DNA from: Bigelowiella natans CCMP2755
Taxonomy: Eukaryota; Protista; Cercozoa
DNA length: 64,000 nt
Direction: 5' to 3'
Assembly (NCBI GenBank): GCA_000320545.1
Contig: ADNK01001814.1
Span: forward strand, 61,076-125,075
Shown: positions 24,728-36,949 of the stretch, piece after piece
How the letters are laid out: the number at the start of each line of letters is the position of its first letter
Numbering within the stretch: position 1 is the stretch's first letter
Notes under the pieces: generated by a model
Database searches by the model: none
Told to the model about the DNA's origin: nothing
What the model saw: the letters and a program-made list of their open reading frames with translations, nothing else
Program-made: the position numbers and the translations under genes

Positions 24728-26716
24728 ATGGAACCAACACAGGAAGAAGCAGGGGACAATGACAAGGTGGAGGATACACAAATTTTTGAGTCTCGAGAAG
24801 ATGGGGAGGAAGAGGATAACGATGATGAGCCCCTAAGCCTAGGAGGAGATGATGAAAAGGGCGAGCTGGAGGAGGAGCAGGAGGAAGGGGATGAAGAGGA
24901 GGTTGAGATAGATGATGATGATGGAGAACTTGCAGTTGATGATGACGCTGAAAAGCTTGCCTTGGGAGATGAAGTAGAAGATGAAGGTGGTGCTGCACCG
25001 CAAGAGGAGGGGGAAGGGGTTGGTGAACAAGAGCAGGACGACGAGAAACACAACCTCGAGATGGAGAACGCTACCAAAGAGATCGCCCAACTCGACAATG
25101 ACGATGACAGTGATGACGAGGATTTCAAAGAAAAAATCTCAGAAAAGATCCGCGAAATCGTGTTTGCGGACGACGCGGACCTGGCGAACCTAAACAGGAA
25201 AATCATCATGAAACTCCTTAAGAAGGAGTTCGGATCTCGACGGGTGAAAAAATTCAAGAAATATGCGAAGGTGGTCATCAAAGACCTAGCGCGACTAAGG
25301 GTCGACAGAGATCGGAACCCTGAAGACGAAATGGAAGAAGAATATCACGAAGAAGAAGAAGAGGATATCGTTGAAGATGAACCCCGCCCAAAGAAGCGTG
25401 CCCGCAAGAAGAAATCGCGAAAGACCAAAGGACCAGTAAAGAAAAACAAGTCTGCCTACCTCTTTTTTACGACAGATCAGGATGTGGTAGATCGCTTGAA
25501 GAGAGAAAACCCTGGCGCGAAAGCTACGGAAATGATGAAACTGAAGGCGACTGCATGGAAGCAACTGACTGACGAGCAGAAGGAGCCGTACCAGAACAAG
25601 GCTAGTGAAGATAAGGAACGATACGAAACCGAGTTGAAAGAATGGCAACGTGCGAATCCTGATTTAGTGGAGGAGGCCGAGCGGCAGAAGCGTGAGAAGA
25701 GGCGCGCTAGCAAAGCGAAGGAGAAGAAGAAGCGCAAGCGACGCGATGACGCTGACGAGGACGACGACGACGAATACGGCAGAACGGACTACAGTAACCA
25801 GCATAAGACCCATCTGGAACAGACCTTCGACAAGATTAAGAAGAGTAAACGCACGAAGAAGAATGCGATGTCCTCCGATGACATACAGGAAGAGGCGCTG
25901 AAGATCGTAGAGCGCATGCGGACGGCTGCGTTAAAGGACGTGTCGGACATTGAGTCGGGGCAGCCGGCGGTTCACAAGCTTCAAATGCTGCCTGAGGTGG
26001 TGCGTCTCCTCAAGACGAACAGAGTGACTTCGGTGCGGGATCTAGAGAAGATGGACAACGACCCCTTCGTAGATATCCTGATAGAAAAAGGAATCCTGTC
26101 GCGCATCGGAGATTGGCTCCGGATCGGACCGAACAATACCCTCCCGCACAAGCGGATCCGCTCAGAGATGTACCGCTCTCTCCTGGACCTCAACATCACA
26201 GAAGATGACATAATCTTCAGCGACGAGAGCCGCAACCAGCGCCGGGAGGACGAAGACGACGGGTACGGCTACAATAGGAACAGCGGGACCATCGCCAAAG
26301 TCTTGATCAAGCTTTGGAAGCACCCGAAGGAAACGAAGGAAAACCGAATCATTCTCACCAAACTCATCCAGAGATGGATGAGGATGATAAGCCAACGCTC
26401 TGACAACTATGTAGACCTGAAGGAGGCCGAGAAGAGAAAGGCGCGGGACATCGCGAAACGCCGTCGGGAGCTGATGATGAACAAGCGTGAGGTCAAATCT
26501 GCCTCGCATTTCGTGAAATCTGTGCGGCCAATGCCCACCGTTTTTGACTTCGCAAGGCGACCACGGTCCCAGGTAGAGGAATATGAGAGCAGACGCCCTG
26601 AGCGTGCGGATGAGATATCTTCTCAGCAGTCGCTCATGAAAATTATGAGGAATAAGGGCCGGAAGAGCGGAGGAAAGTCTTACCACAAACTGACAATAGG
26701 TGGAGATCGTAGTTGA
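24728..26716 (+). CDS. IWS1: Intronless IWS1/Spn1-like transcription elongation factor fused to an acidic N-terminus, a DEK-C-like helical domain and an HMG box
   Basis: First ATG at 24728. HMG box PVKKNKSAYLFF...ENPGAKATEMMKLKATAWKQLTDEQKEPYQNKASEDKERY. IWS1/TFIIS-N core MRTAALKD...PAVHKLQMLPEV...GILSRIGDWL...LPHKRIR...KHPKETKENR...LIQRWMR. DEK-C-like KIREIVFADDADLANLNRKIIMKLLKKEFG. Confidence 0.85.
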   Translation: MEPTQEEAGDNDKVEDTQIFESREDGEEEDNDDEPLSLGGDDEKGELEEEQEEGDEEEVEIDDDDGELAVDDDAEKLALGDEVEDEGGAAPQEEGEGVGEQEQDDEKHNLEMENATKEIAQLDNDDDSDDEDFKEKISEKIREIVFADDADLANLNRKIIMKLLKKEFGSRRVKKFKKYAKVVIKDLARLRVDRDRNPEDEMEEEYHEEEEEDIVEDEPRPKKRARKKKSRKTKGPVKKNKSAYLFFTTDQDVVDRLKRENPGAKATEMMKLKATAWKQLTDEQKEPYQNKASEDKERYETELKEWQRANPDLVEEAERQKREKRRASKAKEKKKRKRRDDADEDDDDEYGRTDYSNQHKTHLEQTFDKIKKSKRTKKNAMSSDDIQEEALKIVERMRTAALKDVSDIESGQPAVHKLQMLPEVVRLLKTNRVTSVRDLEKMDNDPFVDILIEKGILSRIGDWLRIGPNNTLPHKRIRSEMYRSLLDLNITEDDIIFSDESRNQRREDEDDGYGYNRNSGTIAKVLIKLWKHPKETKENRIILTKLIQRWMRMISQRSDNYVDLKEAEKRKARDIAKRRRELMMNKREVKSASHFVKSVRPMPTVFDFARRPRSQVEEYESRRPERADEISSQQSLMKIMRNKGRKSGGKSYHKLTIGGDRS

Positions 26717-26899
26717 TCACGCGCAGCTACAACTTGTGTATTTTTGTAATAGTCCTAGGTAAAATTGTATTAGTTAGATGGTTATACAATCAGTATGATG
26801 AGGCAGAACGCATGATGACAAAAGATCAAAGCATGTACCGAAAATTCTGTTCCTATTCTACACATACAAAAATGTTTGCAGTCTGTCGCATATGTATCC

Positions 26900-28460
26900 A
26901 TGGCACATGCAATGCGCACAAATACATGTATAGACATGCATGTGCGAGTGACAGTTATTATTAGTACCGACATCGTCATTGTCTAGTCGTGGCGGCCAAC
27001 ATCGCAACAATTGAGCAAACAAATAAAATCTACACAAGCCTAGGCGAAAATAAAGCGTTCGTAGTGAGCTGCGCCGGCTTTGCAAAGTGCAAGCATGCAT
27101 GCATGCTACATGTACGCGTTCATGTTGCTTTTCGCGCAAGCGCTTTGGAATGGTCATTGTGAACACACTGAAGCGTGTTTTGACCAGTTGAAAGTGTTCT
27201 CTATGTAGTTTTATAAGTTTTTGCCACATCGGCTGAAATGATGCCAAAATAACACCTCAGAATCCATGTCACTGCACCTAGAAGACTGCGACCACAATAA
27301 CCACAAAAAATGGTCCAACAAATGCAGTGACATGGATTCGCGAGGTGTCATTCATTTGGCATTATTTGTTCAGCCGATTCCAGGATTTAGCAAAAACTGA
27401 ACACTTTCAATAGCTGCATGGTCAAAAGACATTTCAGTGTCTAAAGTGTGTTCACAATGATCGCTGCCAAGCGCTCACGCGAAAAAAACGCACGCGTGCA
27501 TGGCTCACATTTGTGTTTTGCGACACGGTAGAACGGCCTAGTTCACTAGCTAGTTCAGGCTGCTCTAGTGCTTGCTAGCTTGTCGCCATGTTGAGTTCAT
27601 CTTCAGGTGTTGAAAATTGGCTGTCCATCGAACAGGACATGATCAAACTGATGTGCGACCTCAATGTGTGCAACGTGTTAGTTTGTCTGACTGGCGTTGC
27701 ACCGAAATTTCCAGAATGCAAATTCTGAAAAACACCCCATATCAAAACCACATCAATGCATCAAAAATCGTGCAAACATGTGGACTTTGCATGAGTTTTG
27801 GACCATGTCATGCACGTCATCGAACCGATTGCAATCACGTGGCATGGTGGGCTAGATGTGCGATGCAAGCAAAAAATGCAGTCAAATATAATGAGTGCGA
27901 CGGCGTCCATCTGCACCATGAAAATTTGGGTTTCGCCCTCCTGCAGTTGTGCAAGTTGTTCATCATTGTTGCTGTCTTCGAATCACTTGTTTGCAGCAAA
28001 AATGTCAAGATTGCTAGCTCATGCATTGATGCTGGCGGAAGACTGCGACATTGAGCGTCCAACAACTAGCTGGACAACCACGTTGTGACGGTTGTGGAAT
28101 TCCAAACCTGGAGCTCAAACAAACGTGAGCTAGACATGCAATGATGTGTCATGTGCATGCGTGTGATTGGCTGTGGCATTGATCCAGTTCACACGAGCGC
28201 CTTTTTGCATGCATGCAAGTTGTTGTTCTGCTGCGCTGAGAAAATTCATCGGATGCGTTGTGCGATCTCGTGCACCGCAGCGCTGCGTGCATCATGAATC
28301 CATTCTCAATTTGCATCGCACTGAGCTAGCTTGTTTCTATAAGGGCACCTCAAAACTCAACACTTGCCGACTGGTTTTCTGCACGTGGCAGGCATGCACC
28401 GCTGCGGATCAGAGCGGAGCACAGCGCGCACTGCTGTGACATGAATATTGCAGGAGCATG
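26900..28460. other. Partially TpA-depleted intergenic tract B (between convergent 3' ends)
   Basis: TGCA/CATG/CTAG-rich with TA strongly reduced, especially 27540-28360. Residual TA is more frequent than in tract A. Confidence 0.75.
27109..27502. mobile_element. Palindromic foldback/MITE-like element (arms ~170 bp, ~45-bp loop)
   Basis: Arm matches include gaatccatgtcactgca/tgcagtgacatggattc, atcggctgaa/ttcagccgat, ttgaaagtgttc/gaacactttcaa, tcattgtgaacacac/gtgtgttcacaatga and catgtacgcgt/acgcgtgcatg. Confidence 0.8.
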
Positions 28461-28550
28461 TCTAGATGTGTACACACTCGGCTCTATTCAATGTCAGAAA
28501 AATATGCAACTAAGAAAAAGCATCGTTCAAGCCTTGAGCCTATCCGAAGA

Positions 28551-28627
28551 AAACCAAATCTGGCCGCTCTAACGCACAATCTTTTTCAAAACCAAATCTG
28601 GCCGCTCTCACGCACGATTTTTTTCAA
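28551..28627. repeat. 38-bp tandem duplication downstream of the arginine kinase stop
   Basis: aaaccaaatctggccgctct(a/c)acgcac(a/g)at(c/t)ttttt occurs twice head-to-tail. Confidence 0.85.
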
Positions 28628-28726
28628 CTTTAGGCTGAACATACGTTGCGAGCACATATCCAAGTCTTACAGCTAGTGGCAATCTCATCAGCCTACTGAG
28701 AGCTTGAAGCTCGAGATCCATGCAGC

Positions 28727-30316
28727 CTACTTCTCGCCAGCTGCTTTCTCAGCCTTCATCAGATCTTCAATACCCTGGTACAGCTTGGCGACGATGTCGC
28801 GTTCCTTAATGAAAAGACGAGCCCTTGGGGAGACGTCAATGGTTCCGTCAGCGCCGATCGGGGTGTGCTCACCACCAGTACCACGGACGGAAAGACCTAG
28901 AGGCCCGCAAATCTCCTTAGCCTTCTTGTCGGTGCCATCAGCCGTTAAGTTTGGCACCTTGATGTGCACCGAGGCGCGCATGCCTGTTCCGAGATTTGAG
29001 GGACAAGAAGTAACGTAGCCATAACGCTGAGATTTGGCAAACTTGATGCCATCAATGGATTCAACGGTGTCAAGAAGGTCCTTCAGAGTGGTAAAGACCT
29101 CGTCGAGGCGGGTGCCCTTCTTCATGCACATAATCCTCAGCTGGTCTTCTTCGCCGAACCAGATGATGCATTGCTTGTCCGCGGACTGCCAGCAGCCACG
29201 GCCGTAGGGCCAATCGGAGGAAATGCCGGCGGACTTGAGGTACGGATCGTCGTCCATATCCTTAAACATGACGTGAGCTTTGACAAGCTCGTTGTACTTC
29301 TTGTCGTCGATGAAGTTTGGGTTCTTGATCGTCTTCTTACCGCGCTTGCCAAAGTCGGGGGTCAGGGAGTAGACAGTTCCTCCCATCTTCTGCTTTAGGG
29401 CGTCGAAGGCGCTCAGCATACGCATCTCAAACTGAATGCGCTCACGCTTGCTCATCTTGCCAGGGAGGTTGAAATCCTGCAGGTTGCGGCCAACACGTAC
29501 ACGCATAGACAGTTCTCCAAGGCCAAGCTTGGTCACGTCCAGAACACCGTTGTCGCCAACCTTGGAGATGTCCCAGTCAGTGATGTGGCGGCTCCAAGGA
29601 GTACCATTGTGGTAATCTTCGATGACCTGGTCAAAGAAATCAGCATACGTTTCGTAGTCGGATGGAGACATAGCGTAGCAGCCAAGGCCAGAGTCGGGAT
29701 TTTCAATGCCTGTCTTGACGCATGCCCAGAAAGTGTCCTGGTCAGCCTCAGGGAGGCTCTCCACGTACTCGCGGACGAGGTACTTGGTGGTGCGGTTGCC
29801 TGGGTTAGTTTTCTGGATCTCAGCGACCTTGGCGAACACGATATCCATAGCCTGAATGCCAAAAGGTGAATGTTATTTCAGTGTTGTTGGAGAGGGCGAT
29901 GTTCCAAATAAGTACAATTACATGAGAGAGTGGATGGGACGAGTGGGGCATGGAAGGAAACATAAACCAGGAAGGAATGGGTGGGGGTGGATGGGAAGAA
30001 ACGATTTCGCAAAAAGTGCGTGCAGGCACACAGAGACTTATCTAGTGCGAAACCACCGAAATTCGAACGAATGCATGTCAATGAAGATCTGCTGCGAACA
30101 AGGACTGAAGGGTGATGGGTGGGAAGGTACATTCGAGCTGTTCATTTCGACTGCGAGGTTAATTGAAGTCTTCTCAGGAGCGCGGCTCTTGGCCTCAGCA
30201 CGGTACGCGGAATAAGTGGCAACACCAGCAGTAAGACCGACGGCTGCCGTCATCATGGAGCGGCGAGAGACAGTGCCGACACGGCGAACAACCCGGGAGG
30301 CGAGGCGGGAGAACAT
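28727..30316 (-). CDS. Arginine (phosphagen) kinase with N-terminal mitochondrial-type presequence; exons 30316-30131 and 29851-28727
   Basis: ATP:guanido phosphotransferase motifs RVRVGRN, WPYGRG, WFGEEDQLRI, SCPSNLGTGMRASVH and RGTGGEH. Upstream exon MFSRLASRVVRRVGTVSRRSMM is Arg/Ser-rich and acid-free. It joins in phase 0 through a GT-AG intron at 30130-29852. Confidence 0.93.
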
Positions 30317-30809
30317 AGAGGCTTATCTGGGGTTAGGATACGAGCAGGGAGTGCGTACGAGTTATCTTCTGGACGGGAAGATTCACGAATCCAGATTCAT
30401 AGTTCAATGATACCATTGTAACCGACTCATTATTTCGTGTTTCATTCATGAGTAACAGGCCAATTTCATCTTTATTTTCAATGCAAAGGCTGTCTTTCTT
30501 CTAAATCCCCATGTCATCCAAAAGTAACGGATTCAATCGTACGCGACAATACAACGAAAAGCACGAAACTACCTCAAGAACGAGGGAACATTAAAATAAT
30601 TTTCGGCCGAAATTTTAATTACCACAAGTGCCCTCAAATGGCCTCGAAACACCCCTAAAACTCCAGAGAACGCCGGCATTCCCCGTCGGTCTTCAATTAG
30701 GGTCGGATTAGGGTTAGAACTAGATCTAGATCTACGTGTACTTCGCGTAGTACTTCCCTGATGATTTCCATGGATTTTGGCCTTATTTTTCTAGAAAATA
30801 TCTTCACTT

Positions 30810-31940
30810 CTGTCCCACTTCAATGTTCGCTGTTCAATGGAGATTCTGTTCGATGTTCAGAAGAATCAAGCTAGCAAGCGTCGCCGCCGAGCTTGCCTCA
30901 CGTAGCCAAAACCTTCGCAGCCCCCCCAAGGACATCTCTGGTCCCTTCCCCCGCATCAAACGTTTCATCCCGTTCCCGATCCCTCTTCCCCAGTGTTGGA
31001 CTTGATCTCTCTTCATGAGTGCATTTGAAAAAAATCGAAAAAGGAACGGATCGTCACACGTCGTTTGCGAATGCCGCCGCACGTGGGGCAGCACACTTCC
31101 GGTGTGCTGCCATGAGTCCCGCCGGAACCCACGTGCCTATGCTGTAGAAATCCATCGACTTGGCGTCCAAGCATTCTTCAAAAGTCAACACCTCGATGAC
31201 CACTGCTGCACTCTGGCACTGCGCGCTACACGCATCGAGCTCACCACCACTGGCAATGACAGGTGTGACCCCACGGCCACCTAGCACCCCCAGGACTAGC
31301 ACGTGAGCACCTGGTGGAGAACATCTGCAAGAATTTTGGGTGTCACCGTGTGTGCATGCTAGCATGCAAGTGCATGCCAGCATGGCTAGGTGGCTTTGTT
31401 GATGAATCATGCCATGTTGATTGCGATGCAAACATGTGCGTGCGATGATGCGACAATCGACAATGGGTTGGCTAGATGGGTGCTGAACTTGAAGCTGCAC
31501 GTGTGTGTTGCACGTGTCACACGACTACGTGCGCCGAGAATGTGCTTTGAAGCTGCCAGTAGTGTGGTGGTGGTGACTCTCCGACTCTCAAGGCGCTGGC
31601 CTTGCATGCCAAGAACTGGCAATTGTGTTTTTGCAATCGTGCAAAACCAAAGTGCAAGAGTAGACACGTCAGTGCACACCACATGCACGTGAAAGGCATT
31701 GCCGTTCCATTGCTGGTGCTGAGCACAACGTCGCGCAGAGGACGAGCACTTTGTGGGCAAGTGAGAATGTCAAAGCTTGCGATGCATGCTAGCATGGAGT
31801 GCTAGAGTGCACCCACAATGTTTTCCTAGAGTTCTGAACTAGCTCTCGGGAACATGTGCAATGGACAAAATGTACGCACTGGCAAACAGGAGGTCTGTGC
31901 ACATCTTGCACACACTGCAATGGACAAGATGGCATGTTTG
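30810..31940. other. TpA-depleted intergenic tract C
   Basis: From ~30810 to ~31870 every TA I could find is in CTAG or in a CTA/TAG half context. Confidence 0.88.
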
Positions 31941-31945
31941 TTCGA

Positions 31946-32680
31946 TCAATCTATTTTGTCTTTGAAGCAGCGCTTTGCCTCAACAAGCTCCTCCTGAAGA
32001 CTTCTTGCATGATGACTGTGCTTTGAACAACTTTTGCCCAAACTGTTACCATTTTGTGTAGGCGGAAAGACCACGTGCATCGCTAAAAGCAATGTGATCA
32101 AATAGTTTATTGGCATCATCTCCTCACTCGGCTTTTCTACAATGTCGCTACAAATTCTTTCTCGAGCGTTCGCGTCAATGGTTACTTTTCCTTCATCCCG
32201 CAGAAAATCCTGCTTTCCGAGATCAAAAACGTGTCGCTTGTCCTTTAAGATTACGAAAGGGACGAAAGGGTAAGACTTTTCAATCATTCGGATCTCATTC
32301 ATGATACCTCTGAGGTAAAAATGAGTAGTTCGTAACATTCGGAAGAAAAGACCATGCTTACAGCCTTTTTAGATTCGTTAACATCAAATTTTACAGTTAC
32401 GAGCGGTACTTTGCCCTGGAGTTTAATGACGAATCAATTATTTATGTAGATTGTACGATTCAGACAGTCAAGGGTCGTGTACGCTAATTTTCTGGTTGTA
32501 CATTTGATTCATTTCGTAAGCACATTCTGACATTCACGAATGCAAAGTCATGACCTTTCCGCTGTCTGTAAAGGTAAGAACACCCGTGGAAGGAGCCAAC
32601 ACGGCACAGAGAGTGTTGTCCGGTGACACGCATTCAAGTCTCTCATCGTTTTCATCATTGTTGTTACTCGCATCCGTCAT
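31946..32680 (-). CDS. Hypothetical protein (multi-exon)
   Basis: ATG at 32680 (MTDASNNNDENDERLECVSPDNTLCAVLAPSTGVLTFTDSGK) and terminal coding frame IRMIEKSYPFVPFVILKDKRHVFDLGK...KRCFKDKID*. No family recognised. Confidence 0.55.
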
Positions 32681-33036
32681 TGCAACCTCGCTTTGAAGAA
32701 TACCCGGACAAAAAAGGAGAAAACAGGAGCGAAATCTCCACACAAAGCACTAAAAAACCGATAAATCCACACTATTCTTTGCATGCGACATGGCGAAATG
32801 CGACATATGCTACCGTTTGGGGAAGGTTTGTGCTGCAGCAGCGCTGCTCAAGTCCAGTTTCGCGTGGAGAGCAAGTTCAGAATTCGTCGGCGGAATATCG
32901 GATTCAACGCTTCGAACAGGCCGAGCACGAGAAGTGCATGCAGCCGCAATTTTATTTTATAATTCATGCAACATTTGTGTTCCCTCCTCCTACCTCCCCA
33001 CTCTCCAATTTGACACGTGAATCTGACCTAAATTTC

Positions 33037-35915
33037 ATGGGGGCTTTCTGCGCTGCAGAGGCGCTGGAACCTCGGCCCAGCGGCGAAGTGCTTAAGGCTG
33101 GATATCTATGGTTACGAGGGAAGAAGGATTTCAAAAGATCCTGGATTCAGCTTATTAGAGTCTACAGTAACGTTAGTGGTGCTCCGGGTGATGTTAACCA
33201 GTATGCTCTGACTGCAACCGATGAAGATAAACCAGCATATCGAGGAGTAATGCCAAATAGATTCGCTTACTGTCTAGAAATATAGACATTATTTGTCAAG
33301 TTTTCCTTAACGCTATGTGCTTGTATACGAATTGAGGAAGTAAACCAAATTATTATCCCACAGGTTAACAGTTCAATAGAATTCAAAAAATGTATATATA
33401 CGGATACGGCTGCACAGATCTTGCGTAAATCTGATAGAGAATTGGTCATATCAATTAAGACTCCCGATGCTATTTGGGAGGTGGGGTGAACAGCCATAAT
33501 TAATCCTTTCATCCTTTGATCCATTGACACAAAGTTGTTCTTAGCTAAAGGCAAATACCATGAAGGAACATAGATTATGGTATCAAGAATTACATTCTAA
33601 AATCAAAGGTCTGTGGGGGAGTCCAAAAGAAGAAATCATATTTCAAAGACATTAATTCTTGATGTGTAGGCGAGATCACTCCGATAAAGTCTGGATTTAT
33701 GAGAGCAAAATACAACAATTCAAATGCTCGCAATCTCATGTTCCGACTCCTCTCCACTGATAGACGGACAGGATATTCCACATTACTTCCATTTACGAGT
33801 AGTTTAAGCGAGGTGATTGTGCTTATGATGAATGTCTTTGATCCAAGATCTATCAGCCTCAGACATCAATATCGTCATAAATAGGTCCCAATTCGCAAAT
33901 TCTTGGTCGGATCTATTCCTGGGAGGGACAAAGTAGCGTTTACCAAACTACTAGAGCACGCTAAGAAGGAGGTCATTCTGCGTGCTGCCTGTAGTTGTGG
34001 TGAATTTGTACACCATTCTATGTATCATATAGGATCGAGATTTTGACCCGTCTTTAAGTATGGGGGAATTTGCCTTCTCCATAAGTGTGCTCTATGAACA
34101 AACTAAGAATGGAGGTTCTTAGTACAACAATTTCACTTTTAATTGCATATCTCTAATCACGACAACTATCTAAGGCCTATTGAACGAGCTAAAAATTTTA
34201 TTCCAAGCTACCAGCCGGGCAGACATGGCGTAATTATTCTCCCATAACTTATACGTGACCAGTTATTCTGTACTATATTTATTTTTCTTAGATCTTGGAT
34301 TGCAGCATTTTTGAAAGCAGAAGGTCTGATCTCCGTAACGAAAACACAAAGGTAACTTGGATGTAATTATCAGGCCCATCAAGGAGACGTGGTTCAAGTG
34401 CAGCGATAAGAGGTGAGCTGAGAAAATGGTTAGAACCCAAAATAGATTACTATTATATAGCATCGGCTACTAATTCACTAATTTATCTAGGTTCAATGCT
34501 AAATACTGAAAATATTGAAGATATTTTCTCCGATACAGAAGCAGAATCAGTATGCCACATGTAAGTATTCTCTCATGCAGTCTACTTCATCAATAGACAA
34601 ACCATAAATAATCGATGGTTTAATAATTTTACTCAGAATTGATCAAAAGGGGACTCCAAAGGCTGTGGGTAGCGTGGGACTAATAAAATCTAGTGTAAGC
34701 GGAATGAGGTTTGATAGAAAATTATTTTCCGGCCCCAGTCTGATTGACTACTCGACTTTTGCTTACACAGAAGTCCATCTGAGGGAAGAGACACGAAACA
34801 CAGATTGGTAAAAAATAAACACTGGTGTTTCGTAGAAAGAGGACTTTCCACCTAACTTTTCACCACAATAGACGTTCTATTCCCCAAGACACAAATATCA
34901 GGTTTTATAGTGAGTACAGAATCTAGTATTGCACACAAAATCATGATCAGTCGAAATTAATAGTTTTCAGATGGCATGACGCCGACATCACCTCCTAGAA
35001 ATAAGAGGGGAAGTCTTGCAAGCCAACGGGCCGGGTCAGATTAATAAGTTTGAATATATCAATAGCAATATTTCTTATAGTTTTTTGGTGCTTTGATCCC
35101 ATAAACAATACATAGCTCCGAATCAAGTGTCAGTACCATCGTTCCGCCGCCACCTCCAATATCTCCTCCTGGAAGTAAATTGAGAAATTCATTCGACCCT
35201 TCTGGCTCTTCGTTTTTAGACAACTCCATTGCTCCTTTGACATCAGAAGATCACGAATACTTTGCAGCGAGTGACACAGACAACAGTGTTGTAGTATCTC
35301 ATAATGAAGGCAAAACTAGCCTTTCCACTCCACCTCCATATCGATACTCGAGCTCCCCCATGCAAACAAATCTTTTTCCGGGATCCCGACTAACATATGA
35401 AAATAAGTATGACACTAGCACTAGTCGAAGTGGAGTTTTCAAATCAGTCCACAGCAAGAGTTTGTCAAGAGGAAGTATGCGAAGAATCCCAAGACCATTT
35501 TCCCCCGCTCCTTATCCTGAGGAGCGTCGATCAAGAACAAAGGAGACTGAAATTGGCGTTCCTGATGATGTGAAGGTATCATATGGGTGCAGTGATGCTG
35601 ATTAAAATGAATGAAAAATTAATAGGCCTACTTAAACATATCAATGGCTGTTGTGAATGTTAGATGTGGGATGAAGACGATGTTCTGGATTGGGCACGGC
35701 AGCATCCAATGCTAAGCCGTAGGCATGACATCCTTCGCTGTCTTGTGGATAAGGTAAATATTTTTATTCAAAATCACAATTTTAATCAGCTACCTAGCGA
35801 AACAAATGCAACGCTACTATGAAATATGCTAATAATAGACACTGTGGACTTATTCGAACACTTGTTATGGTGCTAGTAGATAAAGTTAGACAGAAAGTCA
35901 TAGCTCTTATTCCAG

Positions 35916-35951
<36 letters not shown>

Positions 35952-36102
35952 ATAGGAAATTGATGGTCCCACATTGTTGTCATTCGGAAAAGAGACTGAT
36001 GTAGAAGAGGCTGGAATTGGAGACAGTTTTGAAGACCATGTTAGAATAGTGCGTGCAGTAAGTGAGCTAAAAAATGGCGGTATCAAATCTCGCACCACTT
36101 AG
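33037..36102 (+). CDS. N-acylated PH-domain (probably tandem) protein with C-terminal SAM domain
   Basis: MGAFC start (myristoylation/palmitoylation-like). PH strands VLKAGYLWLRGKKDFKRSWIQL and later PIKSGFMRAK. Pro/Ser-rich linker at 35116-35576. SAM-like exons WDEDDVLDWARQHPML and EIDGPTLLSFGKETDVEEAGIGDSFEDHVRIVRAVSEL. Stop at 36100-36102. Confidence 0.75.
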
Positions 36103-36129
36103 TCTTACTTGTGTTGACATATTTTTCTA

Positions 36130-36620
36130 GTGCTGTATTTTGTTGATGCACACTGAGGGGCAAAGGACAACAAGAAAAGTGTGTACATGTAGCGATGCAA
36201 TAGAAATGCGGAATGTACAGCAGTGTGTACATTTAACATGGTTGACAAGCTTAGCGTCACAGCTCATTGCAATGTTCTGCAAAGAACAGTGTGTAGGTGT
36301 GCATCGCAACGATTGTAGTGCTGCATTTTGACACCAACGCAACAGTGCATGCACACTGCTAGACTGCTAGACTGATGCTCCCACCAGCTACAGTCCTGAG
36401 GTAACTACTGGCATAGAAACATCTAGACATGGCACATTGCACTGTAGCTAGCGTAGCATAGTGCTAAACAAGTTCACGCAGCTGGTTACTTGTTTGTTGC
36501 ATCTAGAGTCTGCAGTTGCTGCTGGCGCTATCTAGCTATGGCAGTTGCGGAGGCGTACATCTAGACATGCAACTTAGTCTAATCTGAGTAATAGTGTGAA
36601 ACAATTAGCTGATGTTTACT
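36130..36620. other. Weakly TpA-depleted, CTAG-enriched intergenic tract D (convergent 3' ends)
   Basis: Numerous CTAG, TGCA and CATG motifs, but many TA remain. Confidence 0.5.
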
Positions 36621-36949
36621 AGTCTATGCAACCGAATCACAATTTCGGACTCTGCTGTGTAATCGGCAGGGAGTCTAAAATTGCTGCTCACATCATTCAT
36701 TGTCACGAATGATAAGAATAGCTTCAAATCAAAAGAGAGCTATTCCATGTAGACATGCCTTATAGATATGTTAGGTTCTAGATTTCGAGATAATAGCATG
36801 TAACAATAGACGTCTATACGCATATGATCGATGGCAATAATGATACATATAAAACGTATTCTCGAATCCAGAGAATATTTTATCACGAAGACACAAGTCT
36901 AAAAGTGCGTGATTTCCTATACAAAACTAAGATGTTGAACTGTTGTTCC

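Noticed and set aside
30697-30717. Interstitial telomere or chromosome end
   Set aside because: Only two TTAGGG-like units; too short for a telomeric array.
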